From Nemertoderma westbladi (lineage: Eukaryota; Animalia; Xenacoelomorpha), in assembly GCA_032718475.1 (NCBI GenBank), contig JAUCBJ010008482.1, positions 1 to 64,000 of the forward strand: a stretch of DNA of 64,000 nt, given 5' to 3'. Position numbers and translations under genes: made by a program. Below, piece after piece: positions 57,638-64,000 of this stretch (positions are counted from its first letter, which is position 1; each line of letters begins with the position of its first letter). Below the pieces are notes generated by a model. It ran no database searches, was not told the DNA's origin, and was given only the letters and a program-made list of their open reading frames with translations.

Positions 57638-60348
57638 CTTGTTAGATTAATAATTAATATTTACTTTATCCGTTTTTTAATTTGTAAATCTTCAGATTTA
57701 CTTCCTGTAAGAAAATCATGTCTGTTTGTTTGTCGGTCTGTTTGTCACACGAAAGGCTCAGAAACTATCCGGTCAATTGTGTTGTTTTTAGTACCCTCCT
57801 GTAGTGTATGGTATAAATGCGTGTATAAAGCAAATTTCAGAAAAATACAGTGATTAGTTTTTGCCAAAAAAATTAAATAAACGAAAAGTGCAATAGACGC
57901 AATGGTAAAATAACAGCTGGTGTCGTGATGAAAAATGGCTTATGTAATGGATTTCTACACAGGCTTAGTATAAATCAATGAGGTTGCCAAGATTAATGTA
58001 CACCCATACTGTTTGCTTAGGCCCGTTCTTGCCTAAACTCCACTTCCTTACAAACTTGAAATTCTGCATAGGGTAGCATTACAGTTACAGTAGTGTTTGT
58101 AAATAATTTAAACAGCTGATAGCCTTCTCAGTCAAGGTATGGGCGATTGTGAATTTATTACTAATTCCAGGTGAATGAATTTTAGTAATAATGTAGGCCT
58201 TCAACTGTAGTACTATAATAATTGGTGTAATTAGAATCGTGAGAGGGAAACGTAGGTATTTTTGTTTCAGCTGATGGTAGCTGTAATAATGGAATATAGT
58301 TGACCGTGGCAACTCACACTGTTTCAATACAAAGGCTAGTGAATTTAGTTGTACTGTAAATTTTAGTAACTAGACCGGATGTAGCACCTCTGCCTTGCAT
58401 CCAAACATGATCCATAAATGAGTACAAGTTTCATTTGGGGAGCAGAATTCTGGGGGGACCGTACGGGAAATAAAGAGTGAGACTTTGTGTGTAATCCCTG
58501 ATAAAACAACCTTACTTTACTTTTACTTGTGAGTACAGTATTGTAGGCCCCACTATGGTTGTGATGGGAACTCACAAACTGTACTATGTATATACACTAC
58601 AGGCACTCTGTGCTAAAAAACTAAAGACACGTGAAGTGTGTTGGACGGACCAGCTGTTTGTATGTGCAGTATAATGCTGTCTGAAGGAAATGTTATCGTA
58701 TCGCGCGACGGAGAGTTCGAGTTGTTTCTAATAATCGTAAATTATTAACTGAGGTTGCAATATGCGTCTATGCCAATAGGTTGCATGGATAAACGAAGTA
58801 AAATTAGCTTTGTATGCAGTACCGGTGCGGCTACACCAACACCCACCCCCCGTAATGATTACATTACATGTATAAACATTACCTGGACGCCCTTGCCATT
58901 TCCACGAAGTACCGTAAGTTAAATCTCTTTATTACTATTACTGGGAACCCGAAGTGGGACGCTGTGAAAGAAAACCTTTTCCCTGAACAACAGCCATTCG
59001 ACAGACCTGATATTATGAACAGAATCTTCTAAAAAATGCTGGATGAGCTCATATCAGATATTGATAAGGGAGTATTTGGGTCCATGAAGGCCAGACTTTA
59101 CACTGTAGAGGGTCAAATGAGAGGCCTAAAGCACGCGCACATCTTGCTCCTTCTCAACGAGAACATCACGTTGGAAGATCTAAATCAAATAATCTCTGCC
59201 GAGATTCCGGACCCAGATGACCCTGTGTATGATGTTGTTTCGAGCCGCATGCTCCACAGTCCGTGCGGTCTTGCCTTCCTGTTTGCACCATGTATGGTAA
59301 ACGGAGTCTGCAGCAAGGGGTATCCCAAAGAATACAACGAGGATACACACCTGTCTGGAGATGGTCATGGCTATCCTCACTACAGGCGACGGAAAGTTAG
59401 AAATACTGTGGTGAACAATGGGTTCACCTTTGACAACAGGTAAGTTAATTTCAGTATGTTATGTGTGATATATGTGCATTTTAATGACTATAAAGGTTTA
59501 TATTTTAAACTATATTTATATATAAAAATAGTAGGTCAAGCTGAAACAGTCGAAATAGGTTAAATATAAGTTATTAATAATTGTACTGTATTGTGTTCTA
59601 GAGTCAACATAAAACCATAATACAGCGTTATACATAATATTATAATTTCCGTCAAAGTTAAAAAATATAATAAATTCAGCTTTATTGGAAATTTCAGACT
59701 AACAACACAGATATAACAATTTAAATATTTGTTCTTACAGATAGGTGGTGCCTCACAACCGTTAAATAAATAAATTTAAAAGATAAAAATAACATAAAAT
59801 AATGATAAAAAGTGGACAGCAGTAAAAATATTAAATTAATATCATTTCAACAATTAATTACTTATTTGTTATAAAAATTATAACACCGTGTTTATTTAGT
59901 TTTAAATTTTTTTACATCATAATTATTGTTCATGCAGGGTGTTGATGGGTTGCAGGGTGTTGATGTATCTACAGTTGCGCCAAGGGTAGTATGGAGAAAA
60001 TATCTTTTTCAGGTAACCAAAAAGAGTTTAATCGCCAAATATTTCAACCACCTATAATACAATATTATACTTCAGGCCTTCATCAGTAGCTAACACGGCA
60101 ATGCTACAACTAAAGAACTACCGGCACCAACAGCACTACTATTACTAAAGACTACAGCACAATAGCACTACAGCACTCTAGTTATACCGTTCGTTAAGCA
60201 ACACCAGCGTAGACACGCCCAGCAAATCGTTAACGCTTCCCCCTTACGCACCAACATACGGCTAGTCAGTAAACCGGGCCCAAAACTTAAACAACTGTTA
60301 GTTCGGGCTAGCCTAACTGGAGACCCATGCCCCACCCCACGCAATATC

Positions 60349-60837
60349 ATGTGTTATACGTGTAATAACGGTCCGAAAGACTGTATGGTGAGGAATGTGG
60401 TGTACGAGATCGTTTGCAACCTATGTATTAGTCGCGTCACCAACTACATAGGCGAGACGGTAGGACCCATACGGGAACGTATCAACAGACATCGTAACTC
60501 TGTACGCGGTGGAAACCGTAAAGAAGCCATCGGCCAACACTTCCTGGATAAACACTCTGGACATGCCAATCACCCACAACCCTTCAAAATACTAATTAAA
60601 CGTAAATGCAAAGATTGGGCGGATCGTAAAATAAGCGAAAAACACTTTATTACACGAGCACCCCACACTAAACACACAATACATACCCACACACAACACT
60701 GGTTGGTAAGCGTTTTGGTAAGCGTACGTAAGTATTTTGGGTTTATATATACTGTATTTATACTGTATTTTCATAACAGTCCTAGTGTACTACTACCTTT
60801 CAAGTGTATGCCTCTACCGGTACCGTGCCCCAGTTAA
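60349..60837 (+). CDS. Penelope GIY-YIG endonuclease C-terminal fragment
   Basis: NVVYEIVCNLC..NYIGET...ERINRH...IGQHF...RKISEKHFI. Confidence 0.85.
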   Translation: MCYTCNNGPKDCMVRNVVYEIVCNLCISRVTNYIGETVGPIRERINRHRNSVRGGNRKEAIGQHFLDKHSGHANHPQPFKILIKRKCKDWADRKISEKHFITRAPHTKHTIHTHTQHWLVSVLVSVRKYFGFIYTVFILYFHNSPSVLLPFKCMPLPVPCPS

Positions 60838-60940
60838 TTAGGTCAGTATTGCAATTTGTGTTTTTATATTGTGCTGTAGTCTTTAGTAATAGTAGTGCTG
60901 TTGGTGCCGGTAGTTCTTTAGTTGTAGCATTGCCGTGTTA

Positions 60941-60997
60941 GCCACTGATGAAGGCCTGAAGTATAATATTGTATTATACGTGGTTGAAATATTTGGC
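60941..60997 (+). ncRNA. Hammerhead ribozyme motif in the Penelope pLTR (inverted copy at 60034-60090)
   Basis: GCCA-CTGATGA-AGGCC..GTATAATA TTG TATTATAC..GGTT-GAAA-TATT-TGGC. Confidence 0.75.
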
Positions 60998-61589
60998 GAT
61001 TAAACTCTTTTTGGTTACCTGAATCCGATCTTTTCTACATACTACCCTTGGCGTTATGTTTCCACCGGTAATCAGGGCGAGATCATTCCTTATTAAGTAT
61101 CTACAGTTGCCATCGAGTCACAGAAGAATAATGAGAATCGATGGACGCCGCCAGACAAGGATGAGATCAGCCAGTTCATAAACGCTCAAACAATAGATGT
61201 ACACGAAGCACATTGGCGGGCTTTAGAGTACAGAGTACAGGTCGGGTAAAAAATATATAATTTTGAATTGGTTTATATTCAATTGAATTATTGTTATAAG
61301 TTTGAATTTAGAGTCTTTATAGACGTTTTAAATTTTACATACTGAAATAATAATTATTAGAAGTGGTCTTAACTACTAAAGCGCTATGTATGTAAAGATT
61401 AAATTTATAATAAATATATAAATAAATAATGATAATAAAATATACATATACACAGAAAATACACAAGAGATAAATTAAAAACAAAAGTAGAGTATAATAT
61501 TTTCTCCATATTATTCCACATACAGTCGAGGAAATATAGCGACACCGATTGCCAACCTGGCGAAATATGACCCGAGTTATATTGTATAT

Positions 61590-63105
61590 TTATTTTATTT
61601 ATTTATTCACCTGTATTATTGATAAGTACTGTACAATCATAACATAACATTACTCGATAATAATAAACAACAATAACGTTTCATATGGTGGAGATACCGT
61701 ATTTATACAAGTGCTAAAAAATAAAACTACATATTGAATCTGTACGTGAGGTAACGTAAACATACTTACATCATAAAACAAGAAAATAATTCACATCTTA
61801 TATCTTTATCTTAACCAATCTCAAAACATTAAAAAAGGTACTTGGATGTATCAAATTAATTACTTAATAAATCTAATAGTTCAAAACTAATATCTTTATC
61901 TAAACAAATCTAAAAACATCACAATACTTAAGATACATCAAATTAATTATTTAATAAATCTGAAAATGTTTAAACCATCAAATTTCAAATCTTATTTCAA
62001 AAAATTTATATTTCATGCTCTGCAGAATCTTATAACACATATTTGCTAAGGGGAACGGTGCCAAACTACCAAACAACAGAGACCAGCTGTCGTTACATTC
62101 CGCTATTTTCTGATGTTGGTTTCGAACACTCTGAGTTTTCGGGCAGCCGAATACCGCGTGATGTTCGTCGTGTACGGTTTTGCAGTCACATCTACAAACT
62201 CTTTCAGTACGATCCTTCCGTTGCCATCTTCCCGTCTCCACTGCGAGACAGTGTGATAATAGCCGTAAACGGGTAAAGCTTTGTCTCATAGTATCGGGGA
62301 TGTATTCAGAACTAATGGTGTAGATCTTGTGTAATTCTAGGTTACTGTTCATATCCGTATAGCTTCTGATTTTCGTGTGAGTGGGTGCCATTTTAAGAAT
62401 ATTTTCCGTTGTGGGTCTCAAATCTTCCTTTATGATATCATTTTTGTTTATGCAACTATCCGTTTGCCTCTACCCTTTGGTATCTGCTTCTGACGCGAGA
62501 TCGTTCACGATCTTAATCGGATCCAAAGCAGTCCAATTCTCCCGACATGTTTTTAGAAATCCATGGCGCTTGTTCTCAATATAGGCTTCAAAGGTTGGAA
62601 AGCCTGCTTCAACAATATAATATAAATTGCTGGTTTGGATGCGTACCCCTAGAAGTATTTTTACAACGTTGTAATAAAGTGGTCGGATCCCGTTTAAGTC
62701 AGTCTTAGAAACTATTCAGGACTCGCACGCATACATGAGAGAGCTTAGAGCAGCTTCTGCGACTTTTTTCTTGTATATAAAAGGCATATTGGGGTTGTTA
62801 TTTATAAATATCGTAAATTTGTTGTACTGCTTCCTTCTCATACTAATATCTTCTCTAATTACACTTTTCAAATTTCCGTTAACACAGAATGGGGAACCCA
62901 GGTATACGTATGTTTCACAGTGCTTTATAGTGACCCCGTTGGCTGTGATATCTAATCTATCCGGATTTCTCTCCGTTTATTACCATAAACTCAGTTTTTT
63001 TGGCGTTAATTATCATCCCGTTTTGATTGCAATATTCTACAACGAGCTTAAACTTTTCTTCACATTTTTCTCGTGTTGTTGCCAGAACTACTTTGTCGTC
63101 CATCA
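61590..63105 (-). mobile_element. Degenerate RTEX-like LINE 3' fragment
   Basis: YTYLGSPF; FTRLRLLSHCLAVETGRW..ERVCRC..DEHHAVFGCP. Boundaries are approximate. Confidence 0.8.
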
Positions 63106-63109
63106 CGAT

Positions 63110-63203
63110 TAGACAGTGCAATGTTTTTAGGATGGAATCTAGATGGAAAACAGAATTCAGACAGAAAGCATTCTTGTATAACTTCTTTGTAAGTATGTTT
63201 GAA
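63110..63203 (-). pseudogene. Paralogous exon 2 of the secreted peptide gene, 3' end running into a LINE fragment
   Basis: Same acceptor context as 49568; translates FKHTYKEVIQECFLSEFCFPSRF...; adjacent intron 63204-63248 matches 49569-49613. Confidence 0.6.
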
Positions 63204-63262
63204 CTAGAAACATAACAACAAACCCATTTGTTATCACAATCCTATCACGTACAGTATATTCT

Positions 63263-63986
63263 TTAACAGTTTAACCTGAAATATCATGGACTTTCACATT
63301 TTTTATAATTTCTAAAAATACTTGCTAGCAAAAAGTTTTTTTATGGTATAATGTTATGGTATAATGTTTATAATATAATGTTTATGGTATGTTTACTAGC
63401 TAGTAATTTTTGAAAATTATTTTGGTCATTAATATATTCTTTATATCGATGATTGTGTATTTGTGATACTCTGCGATGCCAACCAATAGCACACAGACCA
63501 TACTACAATTCCTACTCCATTTTACACACGCCTACTAACTACACATTTACCACTACCGACAGACAATTACCACACCGACCATACCGATAACCTCCTCGCC
63601 TTAAGGGGACCCCCATGAAAACGAGACCATGTCTCTTGGGGCTATCCCCGACATCATCTAGACTCACACTCACCATGCAAAACTTACCCATTACTCAACC
63701 ACCTCTTACACAGGAAACGCTGACCACAAATTGCCAACGAAATGCACTCTGACAACACACTTACATTATAGCCTAACTAACTGTCTCAATTTATTTGTTG
63801 CATTAACTATAAATACTGTATAATGGATTATCTTGTTATCTTGTTCCTTCCGGTAATGTTTAATTATGCAGATTTACTTTACTTATTTGATGTCAATTAA
63901 ACAATTTCAATTTCAATTTAACAGTTTAACCTGAAATATCATGGACTTTCACATTTTTTATAATTTCTAAAAATACTAGCTAGCAA
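63263..63986. repeat. Direct repeat of about 70 bp flanking about 590 bp of unclassified DNA
   Basis: TTTAACAGTTTAACCTGAAATATCATGGACTTTCAC...GCTAGCAAAAA at about 63263-63333 and 63917-63988. Confidence 0.7.
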
Positions 63987-64000
63987 AAATATCCAAAAAA

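Larger units (their letters stand above)
59979..61096 (+). mobile_element. 5'-truncated Penelope-like element with an inverted pseudo-LTR
   Basis: 14-bp TSD GTATCTACAGTTGC (59965-59978, 61097-61110); inverted repeat of about 185 bp (59979-60164 / 60867-61052); GIY-YIG ORF. Confidence 0.9.
58860..61240 (+). pseudogene. Helitron Rep domain split by introns; contains an in-frame stop and a Penelope insertion
   Basis: YMYKHYLDALAI..LFITITGNPKW..DRPD; HUH motif VEGQMRGLKHAHILL; MLHSPCG..CSKGYPK..GYPHYRRR..DNR|GTAAGT; VVPHNP near 59745; GVD..DEISQFINA..EAHWR at 59956-61240. Confidence 0.85.

Overview
AT-rich, repeat-dense genomic DNA from an invertebrate animal (spliceosomal introns, a FoxH-class gene); this is not prokaryotic sequence. 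The dominant feature is an 18.1-kb BEL/Pao LTR retrotransposon on the minus strand (15356-33497; two 1186-bp LTRs, TSD AATCT). Besides gag-pro and pol it carries an intact 813-aa third ORF of unknown type with no envelope features, and no canonical tRNA primer-binding site is visible. The 3' end of a sister element (1-1926) has the same polypurine tract but ends in a different ORF. Host-type genes: two coding exons of a FoxH-like gene (7062-9404), a truncated C2H2 zinc-finger exon, and a two-exon secreted preproprotein with a 6-Cys mature peptide (57637 to 49455, minus strand) that the ORF track does not assemble; a diverged paralogous exon lies at about 63.1-63.2 kb. Those peptide exons are interleaved with fragments of an intron-containing Helitron. 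Also present: several LINEs (RTE, RTEX-like, Proto2-like), a Crypton tyrosine-recombinase transposon, a Penelope insertion with hammerhead ribozyme motifs, hAT and foldback non-autonomous elements, and minisatellites. All calls come from reading the sequence by eye; no database search was run.
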